Of a stretch of 64,000 bases of DNA, positions 46,762 through 60,591 are shown one piece after another; position 1 is the stretch's first letter, and each line of letters starts with the position of its first letter. Both the position numbers and the translations under genes were made by a program. The notes beneath the pieces were generated by a model, which had not been told where the DNA came from, made no database searches, and was given only the letters and a program-made list of their open reading frames with translations. This DNA is from Podarcis filfolensis (lineage: Eukaryota): NCBI GenBank assembly GCA_964270895.1, contig OZ185437.1. One strand, written 5' to 3'.

Positions 46762-47949
46762 TGTTTGAAGCTTGCTTTGTTACTCTGCAAGTATGCATGC
46801 AATAAACAGAGTATCAGTTCTGTGGATCTCTGCATTCCCAAACTTGGGAGGTTTGATTTTAAATTCAAGCAGTCATTAATTCTAGTTTAAAATAAAATAG
46901 GTTTAGTAGTGCTGCAAAGATTCTTTCTTGTGCAGTTCGTGAGATCATACCCGTATTTCTGCTTTCAATGTGTATTAGGGCTCATACAAAATATGTCTTG
47001 GCCTCTGGTGTTGCTCTTGATCTGTAGCTAGTATAGTGCTGCAAATATTTAGCTTTCTGTTGACCTTTTGAATTGTTTGCACCTTGGTAAAAGTGTGTGC
47101 GTGTGCATGATATAAAATATTTTGTCTGGTACTATAAATGCCAAACGTTCTGCCATGGTCACTAACCTTCAACAATGGAGAGGTCAGAGAAGATTTTTTC
47201 CAACCCTTTAGGACTCTGTATAAAGGGCATTGCATTATACATTTGGGAAACTTCTCCAAAGCCCAGAATGTTCACATAGTAAGTTGGTCCCATTCAGACA
47301 AATTCTTTTTAAAGATCTGGAAGGACTTTGTATGAAGTAGAATGTGATAAAAGAATAGAAAACAAAGTGGTCACCTTTAGAAAACAAAAGGCAGCAAAAG
47401 GGGGAAGAGAAGGTATGACAGGCACACTAGGAACACAGAAGAAAGAAATTGCTTTGAAAACCATGTTCGTATTTCCCCATAAATCATTCTGCTGAGATCA
47501 TTTCAAAATGGTGTTGGACTTCCCTGTGTGCTTTTAGAATGAAGTCCTCATGGTGTGCTAGAGGAACAAATCGCCTTTGTGTTACTGGCTTACTGTGGGT
47601 GACAAAGATTGAAAGACACAGGCTTTCTTAATATAGTCTGCTCTGATTTCATATCAGAAAATGCATAAGGGTGTTGGAGGATTTTACATTATTTTTGCTT
47701 TGCTTTGCTTTTATTGTTACTTTCTGTGACAAAGTATTGGCATTCTAGTATTATTCCCTCTGACAAGTGAACATAAATAAATGGCAGGAAGTGATAGTGA
47801 AGCAATTAAAAACAAGCCTTAGTGTTTATTTAGCTTAGTGGTAGAGCACATGCTCCATCCCTTCCATGATGCTTCTTTTGACCGCAGAGGGATCTGCAAC
47901 ACAAAGCAGAACAGATGGGAACTCATGTGTTTAAGAACATTAGAGAAGA

Positions 47950-48132
47950 GTTGTATGTTAGTGGCACAGCAGATGCTTTGCATGCAGAAGGTTCCACAAT
48001 CAATCTCTGAATAGCTCAGATAGGAATGGGAAAGATTCCTGTCTGCAGCTCTGGACCCCTTCAATGTAGACAGTACTGAGCTTGATGAGCCAGAGATCTG
48101 ACTTAGTATATGACAGGCTGGTATGTTCATAT
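47950..48132 (+). mobile_element. Squam2-like tRNA SINE, degenerate
   Basis: TGCTTTGCATGCAGAAGGTTCC...TGTAGACAGTACTGAGCTTGATG...CTGACTTAGTAT...ATGTTC. Confidence 0.6.
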
Positions 48133-50226
48133 ATGTTCAACTGATTCCCTTCTCCTTCCTTAGCTTCCTTTCAGTGGTCTCCAGATTTTTTTCAAAGATG
48201 GCCAGATTTGATGAAGTGGAGGGCCGTGAGGGCCGACCACAGGGCCAACCAAAGTTGTTGGCCTTTTTTTAGGATTGAAGTAGTTGAGCTTTTTTTGGAT
48301 TTTACCCCAGGAAATAAACTGCCACAGGGGCCGGATTAAACCAACAGGCGGTTTACTAGAGAGGATTATTCTAATTTCTTGTTGGTTAACTTGTGTCATA
48401 CAGATGTTACTAGACTTGGCTAAATGCATCTTCCTTGAAGGATCTGGAGCTGTGGAGCCCATGAAAACATGTCAAAGAAATTGTTTCAATTCATTCCATC
48501 CTTTATGCAATCCGAGGATCAATCCCAGCATATTAATATAATATACTGACAGGATTCCTACTTGTTGCTTCTGGTATACCAATATCCTCCAGAAAGTTTC
48601 ATGTCCCTGACAATTTTACAAAACTGGAATATAGGCATTTAAGATCTTGGTGGGTTTATCTTTCTTCTACACCTTTGGCCCTACAGATGTTGCTGAACTA
48701 CATCTGCCATCATCCCTGGCCATTGGCCATGCTTCTTCTTGAGGCTGAGGGGAATTGTCATTCAGTAACATCTGGAGGGCCAAAGGTTCCCCACACCTCT
48801 TCCACATTAAGGAATACAGTTAATGGGTTAATTCTCCATGAATCAGCAGAGATGTCTGCAGGTGCATTGTGGGGAATAAGTCATCTTTTGACTCCCTTAT
48901 CTCTATTACTGGGCAGATTTGGCAAGTAACTTTGAATATAAAAGAACTCAGGTTACAGCATACTGTGCAGTTCATGGTAGGAGATTGCAGAGATTGTTGA
49001 AGGCTATCTGTTGGAACTGTGGATTGAAGTGAAGATTATTTGAAGTGGTTTTAGGAGGAAGAAGTTGGAAAATTGCCAGTCTTCAGAGCTCAGAACCCTA
49101 TCAGTTGCAGGACTTTGAAAGCAGTTGAACTTTGGGTGTGGCTGTGGTCTTTAACACAGCAAGGACTTTGAAGCAAAGAACCCTCTCTGGACTCAGAGAG
49201 GGAAGACTATATGCAACATCTGTAAATAATGTGTATAGTGGTATATGTTGGTGTTGGCCTACTAAAGGCCAACACTTCTAAATGGCTGTTTCCTTTGGTG
49301 AGCTTAACCACTTGTGAGCTTCTGCAGCACATGTAGCCAACAACCCCAACATCCCACACAAATAACTTGAATTCCAAAATGAGTGGTAGAGTTGTGTGCC
49401 GACATACTGATCTCAGCCCTAACCTCCAGATAGCAAGGTAGTTTATAAGGAACAGAGGACATGCCGAGAACTTTGCCCACATTTATTGAATTATTTGAAT
49501 TGCCTAATTTTTTCAAAAGAGTAGCAGGGCCAGAAAAATTACCAGAACTTATATGTTGTTTCATAAGTATCACTATACATACAATATGACCATTGTAAAA
49601 CATAATAAATAGGGGGGAACATTATCCTTATTGTTTCTTTTTCTTATTCCTATTAATCTGATATCTGAAATGATTCTTCAGTGTTTCCAAGCTCAAACAT
49701 TTCTTAATTTAAGAGAAATTAATTCTCTAGACCACTGAAATGAATTTGCAGTTAATGTCACCCTATATCCTTGGGGCTAAAGACTATTTTTGTATAAAAA
49801 TTGCTTTGTTCTGAAAAGTAAAGGAAGAAATTAAGTTGGAGATTAGAACATTTTCCCCAGGTGAGGCTGATCAGACAGTAGAAGGTCTGACAAAGAAAGG
49901 CCAGAAATGTTTTGTCCTTAGAAGCTGAAGAAAGGAGCGAGGAGAAGAAAAAGCACTCTGAAAAAGCACTCTGGAAGCAATCTTCCACTGATGTACTGGG
50001 ATAAACTGTGATCCCTGAGAGAGATGGCTCCTGCTTCTATTCCCATCAGCGAAAAGCCATGCTTGACAAGATTCTTCTCTAGAGATTGGTCTTTCAAGAA
50101 TTAGAAGTTTTTCATCTTGGATGTTTTTAATCATAGACAAGAAAATTAAGCTATAGTAATATACCAGATACAATGAAAGCTCAAACATATATGCTAGCCC
50201 ACAAAAGGAAAAGACTTACTTGTATA

Positions 50227-50456
50227 CAGTGGTACCTCGGGTTACATACGCTTCAGGTTACATACGCTTCAGGTTACAGACTCCGCTAACCCAGAAATAT
50301 TACCTCAGGTTAAGAACTTTGCTTCAGGATGAGAACAGAAATCGTGCTCCAGCGGCAGCAGGAGGCCCCATTAGCTAAATGGTGCTTCAGGTTAAGAACA
50401 GTTTCAGGTTAAGAACGCACTGGAACGAATTAAGTACTTAACCCGAGGTACCACTG
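50227..50456. mobile_element. Tigger-like MITE family 1, forward orientation
   Basis: TA-flanked perfect TIRs; duplicated GGTTACATACGCTTCA. Confidence 0.92.
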
Positions 50457-53085
50457 TACAATAACTATTTAAAAACGGTCCTGCAACAGATTGACACAGT
50501 TACATCTCTCACTGATTTTTAAAGAACTTGTGGGCCTTTTGTTTGAAAGTTGGGGCAACCAGTGTTATGTCAGTGTTAAACAAGTTAGTGAGAATCTGTC
50601 TTTTTATATGTTCCATAGTCACATTGTCTTAAAGTGTTAGAAAGGTGAGCCATTAGAAGGGTGAGCCATTTTGTATATTAGTTGACAGTATTGTGGTAAT
50701 TTTTTTAAAGACCAAACATCCCTTTTCGTCTGACATAAGTTGAAGCATTTGTGAGGCACATTACACACCATTCATATTCTTTGAAAATATGTCTGGACAG
50801 AGTTCCTGGGAAGAAGATAATTCTGCTGCTTTGCCCATATCCCTTTAATTCAGAAGACCAAACTCTGAAAAGTGTGACACTGATTCACTTTACTCCAAAA
50901 TTTGATCATGCCTGAAGCTTGAGATTTTTCCCCTTAGCATAGAAAATGAGAATAAAGAAGCTGAAAAATTATAGGGTTCCTCAGGGCTAATCACAATCAC
51001 ATTCATGAGGGTTTGGCCAAACATGATTATATGTACAAGTGCACGTTTTTCCAGCTGATGCTTTTAAAACTTTTAAAATCATGTAACTTTAATTAAAACT
51101 ACTGCAGTATTTATACTGGAAGGTTGAGTGCACTTGTGCAAAGCAAATGGTAACTCATTACAAGAGGTTTATTCCTTTATAAATTACTTAAATGTAAATA
51201 GTTGGAGAGCAGAATGGACTTGTTTACTAGGCTTATGCAGCTAATCATTACCTTTGATTTGTCACTTGGAATCTTATCATTCTGATACTTTCTCTTAATG
51301 GAGAATTTATTCTTACTCTGTTCTCATACACACAACCTGTCTGAATTTGGTTTCTCTTTGTGGTACCACAAGCATGTGCATTATGACCCCCCCCAAGGGA
51401 ACATTTTGTAGTATCTTTCCACTCCAAATATATGAAAAAGGCATTGTTCCCCCACCCCAAAACCAGGGATTCAGAAGGCTCAAAGGTTTATTTGTTGGAT
51501 CATTTGATTTTTAAAAGTCACACAAGTAAAGACTACTACTCAAACTTTGAGAGGCTATTTCCTCAGCTGTACAGTACAGTATTCAGAATTTCAGAAACTG
51601 ATTCCTTGAGCAAAGTGGGTTGAAAGAGCAGATATTTCCTCTGTAGTTTGTTTAAGTGTTTATAATCCACACTTTCATAAAAATATATCATGGTGGTATA
51701 CCACATACATAGCAAAACCCATTAAAGCATAAATAGACATCAGTTAATTTCTGCTGCATAGATTAGAACTTGCCTCTGTAGATCATGCAGTGCCAATTTG
51801 TACCTGTGAATTATTTGTGAGCAGAGTGGCTTGGCCAGGCAAATACCATGTGTGCGAATTGGCAGATTGCGCAAACAGTTGGCAACAGTTTAGTGATAAC
51901 AGCAGCACTTTCTAACTTTTTAACATGGAAACTTGCTGCTGACTGTATCTGTGAAATTCTGCCACAAATTTTTGTTCTAAGGATGATGATTATCCCATAG
52001 ATAGGTGTTGGTATGCTTACTTATTTCATTAACAATTAGATTAAATATGTGCATTTGATTACACATGAGTTTGCCCTACAGCCCTTTAGGTGCATGCCTC
52101 CTGGTCTGTATAAGTGATTAGCCTGGTTCACACAATGGTAAACAAGACGTCTTACTAGGAATGGGCAACAAGCTCAATTGCACCCATTCCTTTTTTCCCT
52201 GTGCTATGCAGGAGATAACCAGAGCACTGTCTTAGTATCGCATGATAATCCATGCTTATGGTTTGTTTCACTACAGTTAACCACAAACAGAAAACAAGGG
52301 TTGTTCTTGGCTTTCTGATTCTGGCTTGTTTGAGGAAAACAATTCATGCTAATCCAGTGCTCTCCTTTGTTTCCTCCTGGTGGAGTACAGGCGGGGAGAG
52401 GGGCTGGTATGATTAAAAGAATGTAAACTGCTTGTTCACAGTAAGCCATGGTTTGCTTTAGACCGTGGCTTTCCATTGCATGCGAACAGTGTCATTGTAA
52501 ACTATGCAAACTTAAGCAATAATGCCAATATGTTGGATTAGGAGATCATACAGTTTCTGAAGTCTTGAAGGTGATGGGATATCAGTCCGCACTTTCAGAA
52601 ATGTGCATAGGGGGAAAAAATGAACACCCAGTTCTCCTTCCCACCCTGTGAGTCAGTGACTCTTAATGGGAAAAAGGAGCCCTCACTTGTTTAAATGCTC
52701 CCTACAAACCAGGATCAATTATGCTTTATATATATAGAACAAGGAATGAGAGTGTACTGCTAGCTCTGCCATCAGCATATATTCATTGAGTGCCAGCTTT
52801 AGAGACCTCATGCATAGAGAGAGACTCCTCTTGTTCACACACAAAACATGAACTTTGGGGGTGGGGCTTCCCCAACAGTGTGATATTGGGTTAGGCCAAC
52901 ATTCACTACTTTTGTAGAGAGGCAATTGCTGTTCAGAGCAGAAGGGTTCAGCCACAAGCAATTTTTGTTTTTGTTTCAATTAACTTTTAGACAACTTTTT
53001 TGTTTGGCTTGGAAATTTGATGTTTAAGTTGATTGATGTTCCAAGAAAGCAGTCCAACTTACAAATTGATGTTCATGCTAATATA

Positions 53086-53296
53086 CAGTGGTACCTCGGG
53101 TTACAAACACTTTGGGTTACAAATTCCGCTAACCCGGAAGTAGTACCTCAGGTTGAGAACTTTGCCCCAGGATGAGAACGGAAATTGCGCGGCAGCGGGA
53201 GGCCCCATTGGTGAAAGTGTGCCTCAGGTTAAGAACAGTTTTGGGTTAAGTACGGGCCTCCAGAACTAATTAATTTCGTAACTTGAGGTACCACTG
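53086..53296. mobile_element. Tigger-like MITE family 1 variant, forward orientation
   Basis: TA-flanked CAGTGGTACCTC TIRs; carries AACCCGGAAGT. Confidence 0.9.
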
Positions 53297-56200
53297 TAAT
53301 AGCAGAAGTATATATACATTATTTGAACTCTTAATGGTACTTCTTGGCTGTAAACTGATTTATCACATGCCTTTTGACTGGTTAACTGAGTAAATAAATG
53401 GTGTATTATCAAAGCCTCAACAAAGATAGTTTCCTATCCACTCATCCTGAGTTGCTGGCTGTTTGAAGTAAAAACCATTTTTAATATTTTGCATTTCTGT
53501 TCCCTTTTAAAGTAATAAACTAGAATCAAACAAACTTCCAAAAAAAGAAGCAAACTTGTTCTTAATTCACAACTTCACAGATTGAACTGACTAAAGTTGG
53601 TGCCTACAAATTAATAAACTAAACTTTTTCCTGGATTAAGGCTTGCTGCATACTTCAACTATTAAGAATATATTTACCGTAAGTGTTTCCTAACCCTCTT
53701 TACTTAATTTACAGGGGCACATATGTTAGCAAAGAAGTAGCAGCAATTTATAAATTAAATCTGTTACACGAACTTCTTGCCATTGCTTTCGTGCCCTTTC
53801 CAAAGAATATAAATGCAGTGTGCAAGCAAGCAGCCTTCCTATTACTAGTTGGGCCTTGACATTTTACGGTTTCAAGTGTTTTCTCAATGTTGACTGTTTG
53901 CTGTTTTTATTTTACTAAGAAATGTATACTCCACCTGATTTAAAAAAGAAAAAGTGCTCGAAGTATGTCATAAACGAGCAATAAAAAGGAAAAATAAAAC
54001 CAAAGAATAAATTAAAGCAACCAATTTGAAATGTTTTGGGTTTTATCTACAGATTAGCAAAAGACACATTAGGACTTTCCACTGTGCTCCCTTTCTTTCT
54101 GCTGCTTTGAGTTGGCATTGAAAGCTGCATTGAGAAGCGGTGAATTGCTTAAAATTGGACAGATGCTTGTGAAACTAGGATATCTTCTTATGTAGGCTGT
54201 TCCCACCCTTTACCTGAGGGTCTCCAGACATTCAGGTTGTTTGGGGAGGGGGGTGCAATAAAGTCAAGGGAGTCATTGCATGAGATGCCTTTTAGTTACA
54301 AAACAAATCGTTTAGTTATTAAAAAAACTGGTGCTCTAGAATTATTTGAAACTTGCTTTGTACCACTTTAAAAGATGGTGCTTAATACTCTGAATCCATC
54401 AGGTAAGCTGAAAGGTTAAATGACTGTTAAGTAGAATCGCATACATGCATGATTAGTATGAGATGTGATGAAGGGACTAATTAATAAGATCTAATTATCG
54501 TTCTAATAAGATCTAATTATCATTCGTATACAAAGCAAAGTTTTGCCACTTTGTGGACAGCATAAATGGAAATTGACAAGGAAGTGATGAAAGTCTATGC
54601 AAGTTTGGACCAATTTCCTGTTAATCCTAAACTTGGAAGACTTGGGTGAAAAGCATGTCCAGGCTACAATTCTGCTACTGTGGTAGCAAATAATTCATCC
54701 AACTTATAAAGCATTGGGAGTTTGAAGTGTATAGTGGACATGTTGAGAGGTCATATTTGTGATTTTAGCATACATAACTGTCTCAGTAAGCCCTATTTAT
54801 TGCATATACCCTTGAAGGATATCTTGTATAGTCTTGTTAGACTCCTAATTACTAATTAAACGTGCCTTTAGATTTGTGACCTTTCACTTGGTTAAGTGCC
54901 ATTTGGTATTCTTGTAGGCTATAGAGCAAAACCAATAATGGGTTTTGCAGTTGCATTTAACCACAATTCCAATTAGCTTACCATACTATCAGCAGTGAGG
55001 TGAGGTTGAAGATTTTCCACGGGGGGAAAAACCAAAACAAAATATTTCGTAAGATTAGTAAAATAATGAATAGATAATACCAGTCAAACTGGGAACTTTT
55101 AAAGTAGTGATTCACTGGATGGTATTCAGCCATGTTTTACTTGGGGAATTAATTCGCATGAATCTAAGATTTATTTCAGTAGATCAATTCTGATTAAAAT
55201 TTGGTTGAATACTATCCACTGTGTTTTTCAGCTTATACTTTTGCAAAAGTCTATCTAATGCATAGCTCTCTGGGCATGTTAAAATTAATGTGTTAGTTGG
55301 TTTCAGTGCTTTATTCTTTCTTAATTTAAGCCACGCAAAGGAAGCACGTGCTATTCAATTGTTGTGTCTTACGGTATTTACAAGGATTACAAGCAAGAGT
55401 TTCCAATTAAAGCTTTGAATATAATATTTAAACCACAATAGTTTCTTTCTCACATGCCATCCACATGTAGAGCAAACATGTAAAGCAGGGTTTCTCAGCC
55501 TTATAAACTCATGCCCCTTTTAAGCGAATATAAAAACTCCACAGACCCCCTTCAAACCTGGCTCCCATAATTGTTTTATTTTGATTTTAATTTTCAAAAG
55601 GATTGAAACATGATCTTTAATTATAAATAAGAATGAATAAGACAATAAGGCAATAAGAATGAAAGTATTTATAATTTTAAAAAACATTTATTTTTTAAAA
55701 AGCCACATGAAATTTTAAATTTGTCTTCAGTTATTATTAATGTGAACTTTGATGCTGCATGCTTATCACAAGCTTTTGGATTTTTGACTTTCACATCAGC
55801 ATGCTTAATAATTTTCTGTGTGTGTGTGTGTGATTAAGACACAAGTTTTGTTTAGCATTATAAACACTGTTAGACCGCAGTTTTCCCACCCTTAGATGAA
55901 ACACAGGTTCTGCAATTGTGTTGCTACTGTAAAAGAAAAAAGACTCTGCCCCGAAGAACCGCCAGTTCTGGAGGAGGAGGCACAGAGCAGATGTCTTCCC
56001 AGATAATTTTGGTAAATGGGCAGGAGAATATATTCATATCAGTTCCCAGTGTTGCCATGGTAGTTTTTGCTGCCGATCAGCTGTTGGTTCCATCAGTTTC
56101 AGCTCTGCACTGATAAACTTTTTAATCTAAGCAAATCAATAGTTGCTTGGATAGCTCATTATAGACACCATTATTCCTTTTTCCCTTTAAAGCTAATACT

Positions 56201-57553
56201 TGGAAAATATTGCTTCCAGCAGAACAAAAGCTGGAAGTGAATGATACCCGTACTTTTACACTCCCTAACCTTTCAGCTTCTCTTTGGAACTACTGTATCA
56301 TGTCTATAGTTGGTTTTTCACTTTGCCAATGTTTTCATAGGCATTACTTTCCTAAGCAGAGCAATTGCTCAGCTTGCCTCTTTGGAGTCACTCTTAAATG
56401 TATGTTTATGGTTCTCTTCTCCCTGTGCCTGTTGCTGCATGAAGGGCCTTATGTTCTTCATCACACACCAGTTGTATAATTGTTTTAATCTTAACAGTTA
56501 GTACAGTTGTGTTAACTCTGCTTGTCAGCTCATTAATCACTTAGTATAAAAACTTGACTACTCTGCTTCATAACAGATTGCACAGGGTTTGTCCCTTTCA
56601 AGGACATGCCTGCAAATGCTATGAACTGAACATGCCCATAAAGGCCAGGAAATGAATACTTAGTTTTGTCATTGTCACTTTCACTCGTAGATTAGACAAC
56701 TTTTTTGTACTGCTTATCCTTGCATCCTGGGAGCCTCTCTGAATTGGAAATCATTTGAAGATAGTGACATAGAAGATATGCTGCCCTTGGCATTATTATA
56801 AAGTGTTTATGTATTAGCAGGGAGTTCTGTATCGCTTTTTAAAGTTCTCTCCTCTTGTTGAATCTTAATTTTTTGCCATAGTACTTCTGAATTAGTACAA
56901 AAACAGATCCTGCCCTGGTTGGTTTTATACCTTTTCAACTTTGAAATTTGACAGTAGTTCGAAGTTGATTTTAAGATGGTGGTTTGTTGCAGTTTGGTAA
57001 CTGTAGTTTTCAGGTTTAGGCATAGCAGGAAGCCGTGGTTAATTAACCAGGAGATTTTCGATTGTTGCAGACTGAGAAGGGAGAAAGGCCACAGAATGAC
57101 GTTAACAACAGAAGTGCAGGCACAAGGCTTGTGTGTGTGTCTTCATTTATTAAGCCTAGATCATGTACCTCTGACTAGGCCACTGTTTCTTTTTTTGAAG
57201 GCTGCTTCTACAATTTTTAACAGCCTTTTCAAAGGGGGCTTGGAACACCTCTTCTGTGAGAGATATCCCAAATATTATACTTTGCCCGCTGTAGAATATA
57301 GAGATTAGCACAATGCTTGCTTTAGAAGGAGCCAAGATGTGTTTGGGGTTGCCATTTAGTATACCTTGACTAATAAGGGAAAATAATGCTGCCCAGGGAG
57401 CTGTCAGATTGAAGAATGAGATATTACAATGAACAAATTTTAGTCTTTGGAAGAGTAAATGGCTGTTAGTAGCAAGAGAGTTTCTGTCCTTAACTTCCTT
57501 AAGTAGTTTCTTAAATCATATCTAACCAATTCTGCATGTGGAATAACTTTAGT

Positions 57554-57864
57554 CGGAGTTTCTCAGCCTCTTTGGACCTGGGGGCACATCTAGAAATCTT
57601 GGAATTGTTGTGGGCACTGTAAATGCCCATATTGCCGAAGAAACTGTCAGTGCTCAGAACACCTCCTGCCAGTGGCCAAAACACGCGCACACACCCTAAA
57701 ACTGACAAAAAAGCAAGTAACGCTCTCCTTCAATAACACCCCAAAGCCAAAAAACCCCTCGGCCTCAGTTAAAAAAAAAAGGTTTAAGCACAGGGCCCGG
57801 GCAGGCTCTAAAGAGTATGTCTGAGGATGTTGTGGTGCCCATGGGTGCCAGATTAGGAGCTCAG
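57554..57864. mobile_element. Old hAT/Charlie-like non-autonomous element
   Basis: GAGTTTCTCAGCCTC...GGGGGCACAT left end and GGTGCCCATGGGTGCCA right end; flanks ACTTTAGT / GCTTAAGT (6/8). Confidence 0.5.
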
Positions 57865-58904
57865 GCTTAAGTAAAGTTCAAGATACTTGATATTTTATAT
57901 TGTACTTTGATATCTGAAATGATATCAATAGTATTCTAATATTAAATACTCAACAAAATTTCTGTAAATTTACTAGAATAAAATTATTTTGCAGCATTTC
58001 TTAAATACTCAATTTTTGGATTTTCCCGGGAAATGTATTCCAATATTCTCATATGTGGAAGTTTGTTGTGTGGAGATAGCGGTAGATAAATAATAGGTCA
58101 GAGAAAAGATATGAATGTGGAAGCATGGTCAGGAACTATGAGGAAGGGGCAGGTTGCCATGCACATACAGATTCTAAATCCCCTAAACATGGAAGATTTT
58201 AAGGTGCTATCTTCATGTTTTATGTACTGCAGCTGCAAGGATGAAAGCTGAGTGTCTGGATTTTATGCCATGTGCTTCCTAATGCATGTAAAAATAGCAG
58301 CGCCGCTCCCTGTTGCTGAAGAAAATGCTTCCCTTATCTGAAAATTTCATTTTTGTAGGTGTACAGCTGCATCCCTTTCTGTTTTGCTTGTTATAAATTG
58401 AGGAAGGCATTGCAGAGTTCAGTTGAGGCTTCCATTATAAGAGAATCTAATGTTATGTAAAATTGGATTGTAATGATATGAACTGGTTCTTGCCACTATC
58501 AGCATCTGTGTAACTTCTAAACAAATATGTAATTTGTACCATCCAAAGAAAGGAAAAAGAAAACTGTTGTTTCATAAAATAACTATCTTTTTAATTTCTT
58601 GAAGAAATTAGTGATCTCTACATATCCTTCAGCTGGACTTCTAAAAAAATGCAGAAAGCAATACTAGCAGTAGCATTCCATTCTGTAGTGCAGTTGTGCT
58701 TGCTACTAGCCACAAAAAATGGTACTAGCCCACCTGCCTAAATGTGCAAAAATTAATAAGGTATGGCCTATCTTGTTCCTTCCCTTGACCTATGTCTTGG
58801 AGAGAGAAGAACTTGAATATCCTCACAAGGATATTGCATCATGACTCAGTCAGCACAACCCTTTGATAGAAAAGTTGCACATAGTGCTCATAAACCCGCA
58901 GAAA

Positions 58905-58995
58905 CTAAAACAGCAAGGAGTCCTGTTGCACCTCAGACATAAATACCTTCTTTACAGCAATAAGGTTTTGTGGACTAGTGTTCACTTTACCAAGT
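58905..58995 (-). mobile_element. Penelope-like pseudo-LTR terminus, degenerate
   Basis: Minus strand reads GGTAAAGTGAACACTAGTCCACAAAACCTTA...GAGGTGCAACAGGACTCCTTGCTG, the same type as 32119-32175. Confidence 0.45.
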
Positions 58996-59699
58996 GCATG
59001 GAATGTTATCCATGATTTGGCAGGTACATCTACACAATAGTCAAATTGAAATGAAATGCAATAAATACCAGGTTAGGTCTTCCAGGTTAAGTCTTATGTA
59101 TACAAAACAATTCATTATTATCACAAAAGTGTTGATTTTAATTCCATGAAAGCTTGCACGATAATAAAGTTCTTGGACTCTTGTAACATGTTTAGAGACT
59201 ATATTTTTGCTGCCACAGGCTAACATGGAAATTGTGGAAGGCACCAGCTAAGCTTCATGGGAAATAATTTCTTCCCATGGTATCAGTGGTACTTGGTAGT
59301 GGTTAGCTTTTGCTGGATTAGTGCCAGCATGTGGGAACTACAGTATACAGTAATAAGGTACATATTCCAGTGATCTGGTTTGCTAAGCCAGACCATGAAT
59401 TAGCACAAAAATGTGAGCTTATTGGCTCTTGGGAGACATGATTGCAGCTGCTTTGCTTCTTTTCACTTGTTTTGTTGTTGTGCTGCACTCAGCTAAGCTT
59501 AGTTCGGCCAGACAAACTGCAAGTTGTAAACCTAGGACAAACTGTGGTTACAGTTCGTGGTTAGTCTGGAGAGAGCTAAACCAGAATCCTGAACCTGGAT
59601 GTCACAGCAAGTCGTAGAATCACAGCAGGAGAAAACAAGCTTTGTTCATTTCCCATGTGACAGCCCTTTAGGTATTTGAAGATGGCTATCATATCTCCT

Positions 59700-60085
59700 A
59701 TGGGATGTGGGTGGCGCTGTGGTCTAAACCACTGAGCCTCTTGGGCTTGCCAATCAGAAGGTCAGAGGTTCGAATCCCCGTGATGGGGTGAGTTCCCGTT
59801 CTCGGTCCCAGCTTCTGCCAATCTAGCAGTTCAAAAGCACGCCCAAAAGTGCAAGTAGATAAATAGGTACCACTCGGGCGGGAAGGTAAACAGCATTTCC
59901 GTGTGCTGCTCTGGTTTCGGTGTTCCATTGTGCCAGAAACGGCTTAATCATGCTGGCCACGTGACCTGGAAAAACTGTCTGTGGACAAACGCCGGCTCCC
60001 TCGGCCTGTAAAGCAAGATGAGCGCCACAACTCCAGAGTTGTCTGTGACTGGACTTAACTGTCAGGAGTCCTTTACCTTTACCTT
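59700..60085 (+). mobile_element. Sauria SINE, full length
   Basis: GGGATGTGGGTGGCGCTGTGG head, B-box GGTTCGAATCC, GCAAGTAGATAAATAGGTACC core, (ACCTTT)n tail; perfect 13-bp TSD TATCATATCTCCT (59687-59699, 60086-60098). Confidence 0.93.
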
Positions 60086-60541
60086 TATCATATCTCCTCT
60101 GTCTCCTGTTTTCCAGGCTAAACAAGTCAGATCATGGCTTAGCTCAGCAGAAAAGAGGAACAAATTGGTTGCATTCTCCTGTCCAGCAGCTTACATGTTC
60201 TCACTAAGCTATGGTTTGGTTTAGCATGATGTGTGAATCAGGCTACTGTGCAGAAAAACCTCTGTTGATATATAATGCAGAAAATTGTGCCATTTAGCAT
60301 CATCATTTCTTTAATAGGAAGGGAGCACAAGCAATTGGAATGCCATTAAAAGTTCCTGGTTCATGAAAGCATTTCCTAAAAAGATTTAATACTACTACAT
60401 AAATGCAAGGCTTTAGAAGTACAAATGCTTCAGTAACTATTTTTTTCTGAGGCCTAGTTGTCAGGTTGCTGATGAATGGGCAAATCTGTGTCTGGACTTG
60501 GAGACTGAGGGAGGAATTCAACAACAAGCTGTTAACAAATG

Positions 60542-60591
60542 AGAATAGAATAGAATAGAATATCATTTATTACGGCCATAGGCCCATACAG
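60542..60591 (-). mobile_element. 50-bp extremely 5'-truncated retroposon with (ATTCT)n tail
   Basis: Flanked by a perfect 12-bp TSD TGTTAACAAATG (60530-60541, 60592-60603); minus strand CTGTATGGGCCTATGGCCGT-AATAAA-TGAT-(ATTCT)4. Confidence 0.8.

Noticed and set aside
20692-53296. Recurrent near-identical ~215-bp sequences as a possible CRISPR-like or satellite array
   Set aside because: They are dispersed, TA-flanked and TIR-bounded MITEs; there is no repeat-spacer periodicity and the DNA is eukaryotic.
55486-55869. Possible hAT/Charlie element (CAGGGTTTCTC...AAACACTG)
   Set aside because: The putative right end is weak and the flanks do not form a TSD, so boundaries are unsupported.
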